This document shows positions 33,458 to 43,841 of a stretch of DNA of 64,000 nucleotides, piece by piece. Every line of letters starts with the position of its first letter. Positions within the stretch are counted from its first letter, which is position 1. Origin of the DNA: an uncultured delta proteobacterium (GTDB lineage: Bacteria > Myxococcota_A > Polyangia > Fen-1088); NCBI GenBank assembly GCA_963767925.1, contig CAVYGB010000008.1, forward strand, positions 2,560,001-2,624,000. The letters are read 5' to 3'. The notes under the pieces were generated by a model. That model ran no database searches. It was not told the origin of the DNA and saw only the letters and a list, made by a program, of their open reading frames with translations. A program made the position numbers and the translations under genes.

Positions 33458-35666
33458 GGCTCCACCCCCAGGATGTGGGCCAGCACCGGCGTGACCCGGG
33501 CCGCGCGCGCCTCGTCGAGCTCGGGCTCTCGCCGCCGCCGCCGCCGCTGGCCGTCGCGCCCCCGCGCAGCACGCGCACCAGCTCGCCCATCGACCGCCGC
33601 TCGGGCGGGGTGAAGTCGGAGAACGCCCGCCGCAGCAGCGGCGTCATGGCGTCGAAGGCGTCGCCGGGCAGGCCGGCCATCCAGGCGTCGAGCGCCGCCC
33701 ACAGGCCGCGGGCGTGCAGCAGCAGGGTGGCGTTCCCGCGCAGCAGCCCGTCGATCCAGGCGGCCGCTTCGGCCGGCGGCACCGCCCGCGACAGGCTGCG
33801 GCTGGCCAGGGTCAGCAGCGCCGCCAGCTCCAGCCGCCCCTGCTCGTGCAGCAGGCGGGCGGCCAGCCCCCGCAGCCGACCGGCGCCCGCCTCCCGGCCG
33901 GCCACCAGGGCCAGCGTGTCCAGCCAGGCGCTGCGCGCCTCGCCTCGGTCGAGCAAAGTCACCGCCTCCTGCACCTGCCCGAGGGCGGTCACCATCTGCT
34001 CGGCGGCCTCCTCGTCGAGCGACAGGCAGGCCCCCGGCAGCCCCACCCGGACGCGCTCGAACAGGCCGGCGAAGATGGCCAGCACCGGCTCGGGGCGGGC
34101 GCCCCGGACCGATCCGTAGCGGGCCAGGCTGGCCAGCCGGGGCAAGGCCGCCGCCAGGTGCGGGACGTCCGCCGACCGCGCCGCCCGCTCCTGCAAGCGC
34201 GCCAGGACCGCCGCCAGGGCCGGCTCGAGCTCGGCCAGCGCCACCTGGTCGAGCAGCTCGGTGAGCGCCTCCAGGTCCTCGAGGCGGGCCGCCTCCCGGG
34301 TGGCCTTGCTGGTGGCGGCAGCCTCGAGGGTGTTGCCCCAGCGGCTGGCGTCGACGAGCGCCACCTCCAGGTCGGGCCGCCAGCGCAGCTCCCAGTGCTC
34401 GTGGAAGGTCCCCGCCTTGCCGACAACCTCCTGGGCGGCGCCCCAGGGGACGTCGAGCAGGACCAGGCGGTGGAGCAGCCGGCTGCGCGCCCGATCGGTC
34501 TCCTCGCGCAAATCGAGGTGCAGGTCCTTGCGCTCGTCGGAGCGCCGGAGCCGCAGCCGGCGCGCCTCGGCGGCCAGCTCGCGGCTCAGCGGCACCGCGG
34601 GGGCCTGCGCCGGGACCTGCCCGAGGTCGTCGCCGATCTCCAGGCGATCGCGGACCAGGGTCAGCGGGGCCGCCAGCCCGGCGCACAGCACCGCCTGCAG
34701 GCTCTCGTTGATCTCGCCGAGCCCCGGGCTGCCCAGCCCCCGCAGAGCGGCCAGGGCCTCGGCCAGGCGCACCGCCTCGATCACCCCCGCGGTCGAGGCG
34801 GCGAGATCCTCCTCGCGCAGGGTGCGGGCCGCCCGCACGGTCCAGCGCAAGGTGGCCCCGGTCGGCTCGGTCCAGAGGTGGTGGTACCAGCCCGGCGCCT
34901 GCACCCCCGCGCCGTAGCCGCTCCGGTACGACAGCCGCGAGGCGGTCCAGGGGATCCAGGTGGCGACGGTCCGGGTGCGCGGCAGCCCCTTGAGGCGATC
35001 GGCGTCGGGCCGGGCCGGGCCCAGCTCGGTCAGGGCGGGCGCGTGCCAGGCGCCGCAGACAACCGCCACCCGCTGGAAGCCGTCCTTGAGGGCGGCGCGG
35101 ATGGTCTGGCGCATGTGGGCTTCGCGGCGCGCCTCGTGCGCGCTCTCCGGTTCGCTGCCGGCGCCTGCTTCCGGGTGGCGCTCGCGCAGGGCGCGCATGG
35201 CCTCGATCAGCCCCTCGAACAGGCCAGCCGGGTCCCGCCGGCGCTCGATCTCGTGCTCCCACCAGAGCTCGCCGTCGGAGAAGCCCGCCACCGCGGCCAG
35301 CTCCGCGATGGGATCCAGGGGCTCGGGGGGCTCGCCCGGGGCGGCCGCCTCGGCCAGCCGGTACGACTGGGGCAGGTCCATGAAGCGCACCGGCCGCTCG
35401 CGCTGCAGCCCGAAGCGGATGGCCTGCCACTCCGGGGAGAACTCGGCGAAGGGGTAAAACACCGCCTGGCCGGGGCGATCGACCGGGTAGACAAGCAGGG
35501 CGACCGGCGGCTTCATCTCGGCCGACCCCGCCAGGGGCAGCACCTCGGCCGCGTCGGGCGGGCCCTCGACCAGGACCACGTCGGGATCGAGCGCGGCGAG
35601 GGCGGACAGCAGGCTGCGCGCGCTGCCCGGACCGTGGTGGCGGATGCCGAAGACCGTGTGCCCCAT
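33454..35666 (-). CDS. DUF5682 family protein (YehM-like); frameshift near 33530
   Basis: FGIRHHGPGSAR, VLVEGP, YPFAEFSPEWQA, REAHM, VCGAWH, SGYGAG. The last ~25 aa lie in a shifted frame and end in a GTGA overlap. Confidence 0.85.
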
Positions 35667-35682
35667 GCTGCGCGCGGTTCTG

Positions 35683-36804
35683 CTAGAGGACGTCCTTGCA
35701 GCTTCGATACAGGTCCTTCCAGCCGTCGCGCTCCTTGATCACCGTCTCGAGGTACTCCAGCCAGACCACCCGGTCCTGCACCGGATCCTTGACGATGGCC
35801 CCGGTCAGGGCGGCGGCCACGTCGGCGGCGCGCAGGACCCCGTCGCCGAAGTAGGCGGCCATGGCCAGGCCGCTGTTGACCACCGAGATGGCCTCCCCGG
35901 TCGACAGGGTGCCGCTGGGGACCTTGAGCCGGGTCTTGCCGTCCTCGGTGACCCCGCCGCGCAGCTCGCGGAAGATCGTCACCAGGCGCCGCAGCTCCTG
36001 CAGGGCGGGGGCCTCGGCCGGCAGCTCGAGCGCCTGCCCCAGGTCGGCCACCCGCCGGGTGACGATGTCCACCTCCTCGTCGAAGCTCTCGGGCAGCGGC
36101 AGCACGACCGTGTTGAACCGCCGCAGCAGCGCGCTCGACAGGTCGTTGACCCCCCGGTCCCGGCTGTTGGCGGTGGCGATGACGTTGAAGCCCTTGCGCG
36201 CCTGCACCTCGATCCCCAGCTCGGGCACCGGCAGGGTCTTCTCCGACAAAGTGGTGATGAGGCTGTCCTGGACCTCGCCGGGGATGCGGGTGAGCTCCTC
36301 GATGCGGGCGATCTTGCCCGCCTCGAGCGCGCGCAGCAGCGGGCTCGGCACCAGGGCGGCGGGGCTGGGGCCCTCGGCCAGCAGGCGGGCGTAGTTCCAG
36401 CCATAACGGAGCGTGTTCTCGTCGGTGCCGGCGGTCCCCTGCACCAGGAGGGTCGAGTCGCCCGAGACCGCCGCGGCCAGGTGCTCGCTGACCCACGACT
36501 TGGCGGTGCCGGGGACGCCGAGCAGCAGCAGGGCCCGATCGGTGGCGAGGGTGGCCACCGCGATCTCGATCAGCCGGGCGCTGCCGATGTATTTGGGCGC
36601 CACCGCGAAGCCGCTGGCCAGCTTGCCGCCCAGCAGGTAGGTGCGCACGGCCCAGGGCGAGAGCTTCCAGCTCGGCGGACGCGGGCGATCGTCTTGCCCG
36701 GCCAGGGCGGCCAGCTCCTCGGCGTATTGCTCCTCGACGTGGCGGCGCAGGACGGCGGGGGCGGTGAGCCCCGCGACGGCGGTGGGGGGATCGGGTTGGC
36801 TCAC
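35683..36804 (-). CDS. MoxR-like AAA+ ATPase (YehL-like)
   Basis: GVPGTAKS Walker A, RIEELTR, ATANSRDRGVNDLSSALLRRF. Confidence 0.92.
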   Translation of the reverse strand: MSQPDPPTAVAGLTAPAVLRRHVEEQYAEELAALAGQDDRPRPPSWKLSPWAVRTYLLGGKLASGFAVAPKYIGSARLIEIAVATLATDRALLLLGVPGTAKSWVSEHLAAAVSGDSTLLVQGTAGTDENTLRYGWNYARLLAEGPSPAALVPSPLLRALEAGKIARIEELTRIPGEVQDSLITTLSEKTLPVPELGIEVQARKGFNVIATANSRDRGVNDLSSALLRRFNTVVLPLPESFDEEVDIVTRRVADLGQALELPAEAPALQELRRLVTIFRELRGGVTEDGKTRLKVPSGTLSTGEAISVVNSGLAMAAYFGDGVLRAADVAAALTGAIVKDPVQDRVVWLEYLETVIKERDGWKDLYRSCKDVL

Positions 36805-38393
36805 GGGCGGGTCTCCTCGTGGATGCGTTTGCGGGTGGCGAGGACGGCGTGAAAGGGCGGCAGGAGGCCGAGGAGGGCCCCGGCCAGCGGGGCGGCGCTG
36901 ACGACGCTGGCGGCGCCCCGGACCAGGGCCAGCGCGCGATCCAGGCCGGCGCCCGGCAGGGCGATCCCGGCTCGCTCCAGGCCGGCGCGCCAGGCCTGCA
37001 CCTGCGGCCAGCCGCCCGGCCCGCTCTCCAGCGCCCGGGCGAGCGCGGTGAGGAAGGCGTCCGCGAAGGTCACCTCCCAGGGCGCCGGCAAGGCGGCCAT
37101 CACCGGCAGGAAGCGGACGGGATCGCCCGAGGCGAGCAGGTGGGCGGCCAGCGCGCTCGCCTCGCCGGGCGGCAGCAGCGGCAGCAGGCGGACGGCCAGG
37201 GCCGGGCGCTCCTCCTCCGGCGCCGCGGCCGCGTGACCGCGCCAGAGGGCCGAGGCCCAGGGCGCGGAGCGGAACCGCAGCGCCGCCTCCAGCCAGCCAC
37301 CGAGGAGGGCCCCGGCCCAGTCGCTGGCCCGGGCGGCGGCGACGAGCGCCCCGGGGCTGGCGCCGAAGTGGTCCGACACCTGCTCGGGCGGGACCACCGC
37401 CAGGAGCTGGGCCACCCAGAAGGCCTTCGCGCCCACGCGGGCCGGAGGCTTCTCGAGCAGCCCGTCGGTCGCCCAGTCCGGCGGAAAGACGGCCGGCGGG
37501 CTCACCTCCAGCGTCCCGCTCGGCGGCTGACCTTCCAGATGCCCGCTGTCCGCGCCGACCGCGCCCGGCAGGACCGGCGCACCCGCGGGTCGCGGCCGGT
37601 AGCGCAGCAGCGCCGCGACCCGGGCCTGCATGCGCGCGGCCAGCGCCGAGCTCGGCAGGCCGGCCAGGACGGACGCGGCGGCGGCCCGCACCGGGGCGGC
37701 GCGATCCGCCAGCGCCCCGATCAGGAACGGCTCGTCCTCGGCGGCGAGGCCGACCGCCAGCGCGTTCAGCAGCTCCTCCCGCACCGCTGCCTTCTCCTGC
37801 CGCCACACCGACTCCACCCAGGCGCGCCCCTCGGCGGGCGCCTCGGTGCGGATCGCGCGCAGGGCCGCCAGCCGGGCCGGCAAGCTCCCCTCCTCCCAGG
37901 TCTGCCGGCGCTCGGCCGGCGCGGGAGGCGCCTCGGCCTCGACAAGCCAGGCCCAGGCGGGGTTGTGGGCCGCCAGCCAGCGCCCGCGCGCGCCAGCGAC
38001 CCGCCCGGCGGCGGGCTGCAGCGCCGGGTGGCGGCAGCCGGCGAGGTCGACGAGGCAGCTAGGCGGCACCCGGCCACCGCGGGCATCCAGCCGGACGAGG
38101 GCCTCCGCGAGGAGGGGAAAGCTCCGCTCGCGACAGAGCGCCGTGACGATCGCCGCCAGCGCGTCCGAGCAGGCGGGGCGCACCTCCGGCGGCGCCGCCG
38201 TACCCGGCTGGGCCTGGGCGGGCCTGCGTCCGGCGCGCGCCCGCACCGCCGCCACCCCCAGCCGCAGCAGGAACGCGCTCTCGGACGAGGGGGCGGGCAG
38301 GCGGCTCACCAGGTCGGCCCCGACGTCGACGTCGGGCAGGGCGCTGCCGGCGCGCTCGAGCCCGACCAGGGCGAGATCGGCCAGGCGCCTCAC
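36801..38393 (-). CDS. DUF5691-like helical protein
   Basis: LALVGLER, GARGRWLA.HNP.W, WEEG..ARL, DEPFL..ALADR; overlaps both neighbours (GTGA). Confidence 0.8.
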   Translation of the reverse strand: MRRLADLALVGLERAGSALPDVDVGADLVSRLPAPSSESAFLLRLGVAAVRARAGRRPAQAQPGTAAPPEVRPACSDALAAIVTALCRERSFPLLAEALVRLDARGGRVPPSCLVDLAGCRHPALQPAAGRVAGARGRWLAAHNPAWAWLVEAEAPPAPAERRQTWEEGSLPARLAALRAIRTEAPAEGRAWVESVWRQEKAAVREELLNALAVGLAAEDEPFLIGALADRAAPVRAAAASVLAGLPSSALAARMQARVAALLRYRPRPAGAPVLPGAVGADSGHLEGQPPSGTLEVSPPAVFPPDWATDGLLEKPPARVGAKAFWVAQLLAVVPPEQVSDHFGASPGALVAAARASDWAGALLGGWLEAALRFRSAPWASALWRGHAAAAPEEERPALAVRLLPLLPPGEASALAAHLLASGDPVRFLPVMAALPAPWEVTFADAFLTALARALESGPGGWPQVQAWRAGLERAGIALPGAGLDRALALVRGAASVVSAAPLAGALLGLLPPFHAVLATRKRIHEETRP

Positions 38394-39733
38394 GCCTCGA
38401 CCTCGTCCGCGCTGGCGCCGAGCGGATGGAAGCGACCCTCGGCGAACACCCCGAACGGCAGGAAGGCCCGCCCGTCCCAGTCCCCGAACACGTCCACCGG
38501 GTGGCCTCCGGCGAGCGCGAACAGGGTCCACAGATCCCGCCCGGCCAGGGGGACCGATCGGCCGGCCCGGTCGACAAGCCGGAAGCGGTCGGAGGCCGCC
38601 GCCACCAGCGCCGGCACGACGTCGCCCACCCCGCCCGGGATGCGATCGAGCCAGGGCTGGCGGCCGAGCGCCTCGGCGTACGCCGCCAGCAGCCCGTCGA
38701 GATCGGGCAGGCCGGGCAGCCGCTCGAGCAGCGGCTGCCCCTCCCCCTCGCGCCGGCTGACAACCGCTCGCACCGGGAAGGCCCCCGGCCAGAACGCCAG
38801 CTCGGCCCCGAACACCACCCCGGGAGATACCGCCTCGGCGAAGGGCGCCTCCCCCGCCGCGAACTGCAGCACGAGCGCCATCCGCGCCGAGCGGGTGCCG
38901 CGCAGCCAGGTCCGCTGCACACGGAAGCGCTCGTCCTCGTCCACCTGCTGGCCGACCACCGCCCAGGCGTCGGTCACCCGTTCGCCGGTGGCCAGCACCT
39001 CCTCGCGGTCGAGCGTCCACCCCACCAGCGCCCGCACATCCGCCGCCAGCGCGGGAGAGAGCGCGCCCAGCCGGCGGACGGCGTGCGCCAGCAGGGCCAG
39101 CCGCCCCAGCCCATCGGCCGCCCGCTCGCCGAAGTCGGGCGCCGAGCGGGGCAGGAACCCCAGCCGCCGCACCCGCGACGCCAGCCCCGGGGCCTGCGCG
39201 TCCACCAGGCGCGCCGCCTGCTCCTGGAACGGCTCGTCGCCCCGGCTGGCCACCGCCGCCATCCCCCGGCGGACCAGGTCCCCCATCCACAGCTCCAGCC
39301 CCTCGACCCCCGCCAGCACGCGCGCCAGCCGCCGCTCCACCCGCCGCGCGCGCGCCTCCTCGTCCGGCGGCCCCGCCACCCGCTCTCCCCGGGCCTTCTT
39401 CCGGCCGGCCGCGGTCGACCGCGTCGCCATCCACGCCGCCACCCAGGCGGGCGGATCTTCGGCCGGCACCCGGGAGGGATAGCGCAGCAGCAGGAGCAGC
39501 AGGCCCAGCACGTGTTTGCAGGGGCGCCGTCGGCTGGGACAGTCGCAGGTGCTGGCGAGGTCGCCCAGCGACACCGCCACCGGATAATCGGCACCTCCCC
39601 GGCAGGCCCCCCAGACCACCTCGGCGCTCCGACCGAGGCCGGCCCAGGCCCGCGTCTCCGCCACCTGCTGGCCGGCGGCCAGCAGCCGGGCATCGGGCGC
39701 GAGGCCCGCGATCTGTTCGGCGGTGGGGGTCAT
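38390..39733 (-). CDS. SWIM zinc finger protein
   Basis: LAPD, WGACRG..Y, CDCPSRRRPCKHVLGL (CxC..CxH), AARLVDAQAPGLA. Confidence 0.88.
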   Translation of the reverse strand: MTPTAEQIAGLAPDARLLAAGQQVAETRAWAGLGRSAEVVWGACRGGADYPVAVSLGDLASTCDCPSRRRPCKHVLGLLLLLLRYPSRVPAEDPPAWVAAWMATRSTAAGRKKARGERVAGPPDEEARARRVERRLARVLAGVEGLELWMGDLVRRGMAAVASRGDEPFQEQAARLVDAQAPGLASRVRRLGFLPRSAPDFGERAADGLGRLALLAHAVRRLGALSPALAADVRALVGWTLDREEVLATGERVTDAWAVVGQQVDEDERFRVQRTWLRGTRSARMALVLQFAAGEAPFAEAVSPGVVFGAELAFWPGAFPVRAVVSRREGEGQPLLERLPGLPDLDGLLAAYAEALGRQPWLDRIPGGVGDVVPALVAAASDRFRLVDRAGRSVPLAGRDLWTLFALAGGHPVDVFGDWDGRAFLPFGVFAEGRFHPLGASADEVEA

Positions 39734-39817
39734 GGGTGCGCGGCCCGACGGGCCGGCCGGATCGTGCCACGTGGCCGCCCCCGCTGTCACACCGGCCCCC
39801 CGCGCCGGCCGGCGCGC

Positions 39818-40411
39818 TCACCGCTCGTCGAAGCCGCCGGCGAAGTCCATCACGCAGACCTTGCCGTAGCGGTGCGGGGCGCAGGCCACGCCGATCTTGC
39901 GGAAGTCGGGGTTGAGGAGGGCCTTGCGGTGACCCCGGTCGGGCACGCCGTCGTCGACAAGCAGCAGCAGGACCACCTCGTCGGCCGGCACGCTGGCGAA
40001 GCTGAGGTTCTCGCCGACAACCACCTGCCAGCGGCCGTGGCGCTCCATGCGTCGATCGGGGCTGGAGCCGTCCGATCCTCGGTGGCTGACCTGACCGGTC
40101 CGCGACAGGTCGCGCGCGTGGTCCCGGGCGGCGGCGCTCAGCCCGCGCGACAGCTCCAGCCGGGGCAAGGGCCGGGTGCGACCCAGCGCCCGGATGGCCT
40201 CGTCCACCGCTGCGGCGCCCTCCTGGGTGCGCAGGTCGATCCGCCCGGCCACCTTCACCAGCTTGCCCTCGAACCGCTGGCGGTAGGCCCGCAGCCGGGC
40301 CGCGTAGGCCCGCGGGCTCTGGCGCAGCTTCGACACCTCGGCGTACACCCGCGCCTCGAAGGCATCGGGGGCGGCCAGCAAGCCGAACAGCAGGAGCGCC
40401 ACCGCCGCCAT
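39818..40411 (-). CDS. CAP (SCP) domain protein
   Basis: LSAAARDHARD, HRGSDGS, GENL, DDGVPDRGHRKALLNP..IGVA. Confidence 0.88.
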   Translation of the reverse strand: MAAVALLLFGLLAAPDAFEARVYAEVSKLRQSPRAYAARLRAYRQRFEGKLVKVAGRIDLRTQEGAAAVDEAIRALGRTRPLPRLELSRGLSAAARDHARDLSRTGQVSHRGSDGSSPDRRMERHGRWQVVVGENLSFASVPADEVVLLLLVDDGVPDRGHRKALLNPDFRKIGVACAPHRYGKVCVMDFAGGFDER

Positions 40412-40546
40412 CACCCCGACAACTATGCATCCGGCGCGGCCGCCTGTCGCGCCCGGGGCCACGCTGTGGCGGCGGGCGCCACAGCCCCGGGGCGCGCGGC
40501 GCGAGGAAAGCCGCGGGCGAATCGGGCGCGGGCGTCATCCGGCGGA

Positions 40547-40561
40547 CGGCACGGGGCTTGC
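40547..40561 (+). promoter_or_regulatory. Putative sigma-54 -24/-12 promoter
   Basis: CGGCACG-GGGC-TTGC matches TGGCACG-N4-TTGC at correct spacing, 45 nt upstream of the ATG at 40607. Confidence 0.7.
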
Positions 40562-40606
40562 GGACCGGTTCTGCGTCGACAGACGACCCCAGCGGAGGCC
40601 AGGTCC

Positions 40607-42085
40607 ATGCAAATACGATCCATCGGCGGAGAGATGCACCGACTGCGCGACGAGCCCGAGCCCCACCGGCCGCCGCCACCCCCGCCGCCCCCACCCCGGC
40701 CGGCCGCCGAGGACGGGGTGGATCCAATCCGCCGCGAGCCGCAGCTCGCCGACGCCGAGGACGACGCCAGCTTCATCCGCGACCAGCTCGGCTACTCCCT
40801 GTTCGACTGGTCGGTGACCGACGGGAACGCGGCCGACGTGGGCAAGCGGCTGGCGGAGATCGCGGACGACCCCGGGCACGATCTGAACGACGTGCTCGGC
40901 CGGCTGTCCGACGACGAGCTCGAGCGCTGGGGGGACAACGTCGACCTGCCCGACGGCGAGAAGAAGGCCCTGTTCGAGAAGCTGGCCGGCGAGCTCGACG
41001 GGCGCAACGCCGCCCGCCTGGCCCGGGGCATCGGCTACCAGGAGATGGGCGATGCCCTGGCCGCCAGGGGGTCACCCGGGACCCGGGCGGGGTTCATCGA
41101 CGCGCTGCGGGGCGACCTCACCGGCCAGGAGAACCTCGACGTCGACGCCTTGCCGGGGTCGGTGACCATGGAGAGCGATCACGGCAACGACCAGACGCGG
41201 GCCGCCGCCCGGGTGCTGGCCAGCCTGGGCCGCGACGCCGCCCGCGGGCCGGCCGAGCAGGCGGCCTACGATGGGGCGATCAAGCAGCTCGCCCGGGACG
41301 GCAAGCTCGACGACGTGGTGACGGTCGGCCTCGACCGCCGCGACCGCAGCTCGGGCGCCACCGGATCCTTCAACATCCCCGAGACGACCTTCAATCCGGA
41401 CAGCCTGATCGGCGCCCTGGAGGGGGCGACCCGCAGCAACGACCCCTCGGTGAAGCAGCTCCTGCTCGCCACGGTCGGCGACCGGCTAGGCGAGCTGAAC
41501 CACCACCTCGACGACAGCCGCAAGCTGGGCGACGTGGGTAACGCCATGGCCCGCCTCATGACGGAGAACACCGACACCGGCCAGATGCTCGAGCGGCTGC
41601 GGGCCGAGGACCCCGACGGGTCGACCATGGTCCAGGTCTTCGACCTGCTGATCGCCGGCGGCGACCGCACCCTCGACGCCGGCCAGAAGCTGGCGACGGC
41701 CGCCAAGGAGGAGGGCTCCCCCGCCTCCACCGGCTACTTCATGTCCTCGCTGCTCGTGTCGCTCGACGACTTCCAGAGCGCGATCGACACCCAGAAGAAG
41801 ACCGAGAACATCCTCATCGGGGCCGGGGTGGCCATCGCCGCCGCCTTCGTCACCAAGAACCCCTTCGTCGCCGCCGGCATCGCGGTGGGGACGGGCACCG
41901 GCACCAGCGTGTTCGGCAACGAGGTCAACAACGGGGCCGACGAGAAGGCCGCCCTGACCGCCGCCCGCCAGCACATCCGCGACAACATCGTGAACACGGC
42001 CCACCAGGGCGATCCCGCGTTCGAGGAGGCGGCCCGGCCCCTGCTCGAGGCCAACGACAAGAAGGATCTGCTCGACGTGATCTGA
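40607..42085 (+). CDS. Hypothetical helical protein with poly-Pro N-terminus and C-terminal hydrophobic hairpin
   Basis: GGAGG RBS; MQIRSIGG..PPPPPPPPP; ILIGAGVAIAAAFVTKNPFVAAGIAVG; strong coding bias. Confidence 0.75.
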   Translation: MQIRSIGGEMHRLRDEPEPHRPPPPPPPPPRPAAEDGVDPIRREPQLADAEDDASFIRDQLGYSLFDWSVTDGNAADVGKRLAEIADDPGHDLNDVLGRLSDDELERWGDNVDLPDGEKKALFEKLAGELDGRNAARLARGIGYQEMGDALAARGSPGTRAGFIDALRGDLTGQENLDVDALPGSVTMESDHGNDQTRAAARVLASLGRDAARGPAEQAAYDGAIKQLARDGKLDDVVTVGLDRRDRSSGATGSFNIPETTFNPDSLIGALEGATRSNDPSVKQLLLATVGDRLGELNHHLDDSRKLGDVGNAMARLMTENTDTGQMLERLRAEDPDGSTMVQVFDLLIAGGDRTLDAGQKLATAAKEEGSPASTGYFMSSLLVSLDDFQSAIDTQKKTENILIGAGVAIAAAFVTKNPFVAAGIAVGTGTGTSVFGNEVNNGADEKAALTAARQHIRDNIVNTAHQGDPAFEEAARPLLEANDKKDLLDVI

Positions 42086-42098
42086 CGATCGGAAGCGA

Positions 42099-43571
42099 TC
42101 AGCGGCGGGGGGCCCGCACCGGCTGGCCGGCCAGCCGGTCGCGGTGGAGCTGACCGCCCTCGACGACGGCCACCCCGCCCACCAGCACGTGGCGGATGCC
42201 CTCGGGGGCCAGGGTGGGCTCGGCCCAGGTGGCGCGGTCGAGCACGCGGGCCGGATCGAAGATCGTCAGATCGGCGTCCGCGCCGACGCTCACCCGCCCC
42301 TTGCTGGCGAGGGCGGGGGCGTGGCGCTCGAGCCGCTGGGCCGGCATGAGGGTCACCTTGCGGATGGCCTCCATGAGGGGCAGCACCTTCTGCTCGCGCA
42401 CGTAGTGCCCGAGCAGGCGCGCGTTGGTGCCGGCGCTGCGGGGGTGTCCCTTGCCCGAGGCCATGACGGCGTCGCTGGCCACCATGGCCAGCGGGTGCTG
42501 GAGGGCGGCCCGGATCGCGCTCTCGGGGATGGAGAAGACCGCGACGAAGCCGCCTTTTTTGCGGTATTCGGTGAAGGTGGCGGCGGTCAGCCGCTCGCCG
42601 GTGGCCGCCCAGAGCAGGTCCTTGTAGTCGATGCCGAGGGCCTCCCGCCAGCCGTCGTTGAACACCCCCGAGGCGATGTCGGTCATCCCCGCGATGTAGG
42701 GGTAACACTCGGTGGTGATGTCGAGGCCCCGGGCGCGGGCGCCGGTGATCATGTCGAGGTGCCGGGCGGTGAAGCTCAGGCTTGTCGAGTGCAGGTGGAC
42801 GACGTGCAGCGGGGCGCCGGTCACGGTGGCGGCGGCGATCACCTCCTCGAGCGCGCTGGTGCTGTTGTGGGGCTCTTGCTCGCCGTTGTGCCGCATGTGC
42901 ACGTGCACCGGGGCCGAGAAGCGGGCCGCCTCGCGAAACACCTCCACGATCTCCCAGCGCGAGGCGGCGGGCGTGTACTGGATGCCCATCCCCACCGCGA
43001 GCGCCCCCGCCGCCAGCCCCTCGCGTACGCGCCGCTTGATCTCGGCGAGCTGGGCCTCGCTGGCCGGCTGGGTCGCGGTCCGGTCCTTGGCCGACGGCAA
43101 GAAGGTGGGCGGCTCGCCCATCACCGCCATGCGGACGGGGACGTGGCCGATGCTGGCCCCGTAGTTGATGAGGGTCTTGCCCTCACGCTCGCGGTAGAAG
43201 CGCTCGACGTCGCCGGTGCCGACCTCCAGCTCGAGCGCGGTGGTCACGCCGTCGGCCGCGCGCAGGGCGAAGTTCTCGGCGTCCTGCCCGTGCGCGTGCA
43301 GGTCGATGAACCCGGGCGCCACCACCAGCCCGCCGGCGTCGATCACCGCCCGCCCATCGAGCGGGGTCTCCGAGATCGCCGCGATCTTGCCCCCCGTGAT
43401 GCCGACGTGGCGTGGGGCATCGAGCCCGCTGGCCGGGTCCATGACCCGACCATCCCGCACGACGAGATCGTACGGCCGCGCCGGGGTCACCCCCGCGAAG
43501 CGACACGACAGCGAAGACGCGACAAGCAGGAGCAGCGAGAGGAGCGACAAGAGCGAGCGCTGAGCCAACAC
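42099..43571 (-). CDS. Amidohydrolase (N-acyl-D-amino-acid deacylase-like)
   Basis: VVAPGFIDLHAH, DGVTT, HPRSAGT, GADADLTIFDP. Confidence 0.9.
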   Translation of the reverse strand: MLAQRSLLSLLSLLLLVASSLSCRFAGVTPARPYDLVVRDGRVMDPASGLDAPRHVGITGGKIAAISETPLDGRAVIDAGGLVVAPGFIDLHAHGQDAENFALRAADGVTTALELEVGTGDVERFYREREGKTLINYGASIGHVPVRMAVMGEPPTFLPSAKDRTATQPASEAQLAEIKRRVREGLAAGALAVGMGIQYTPAASRWEIVEVFREAARFSAPVHVHMRHNGEQEPHNSTSALEEVIAAATVTGAPLHVVHLHSTSLSFTARHLDMITGARARGLDITTECYPYIAGMTDIASGVFNDGWREALGIDYKDLLWAATGERLTAATFTEYRKKGGFVAVFSIPESAIRAALQHPLAMVASDAVMASGKGHPRSAGTNARLLGHYVREQKVLPLMEAIRKVTLMPAQRLERHAPALASKGRVSVGADADLTIFDPARVLDRATWAEPTLAPEGIRHVLVGGVAVVEGGQLHRDRLAGQPVRAPRR

Positions 43572-43687
43572 GCCCGGGACTTTCCACCGTCACCCCCTCC
43601 CCGCCAAGCACTTTCGGGGCGTGGCGGCGCCCCGCCCGGTGTTCGGCCCCGCCGCTCCATTACCTGTCCCGCTTGCGTCTGCGCGCC

Positions 43688-43759
43688 GGGTGAGGGGCGC
43701 CCGACCTGGCAACCGCCCCTCACCCTTTCCCTCTCCCCGCGGCAGTCGCGGGGAGAGGG
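43688..43759. repeat. REP-like palindromic element (CCCCTCACCC..CCCTCTCCC..GGGAGAGGG type)
   Basis: Two intergenic hairpins: GGGTGAGGGGCG/CGCCCCTCACCC and CCCTCTCCCCGC/GCGGGGAGAGGG. Confidence 0.7.
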
Positions 43760-43841
43760 CAAACAAGTGCGGATGTTGTCGACCTGCTGCCGTCGGTCGG
43801 GCGCCGGGCGCGCCGCCCGCGAAGCCTGCTAGGGTCTGTGG

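Noticed and set aside
36801..42085. Giant ORFs 36801..40727(-) and 38426..42085(+) as single proteins
   Set aside because: Only their distal parts are real genes (starts at 38393 and 40607); the extensions overlap the SWIM and CAP genes out of frame or antisense.
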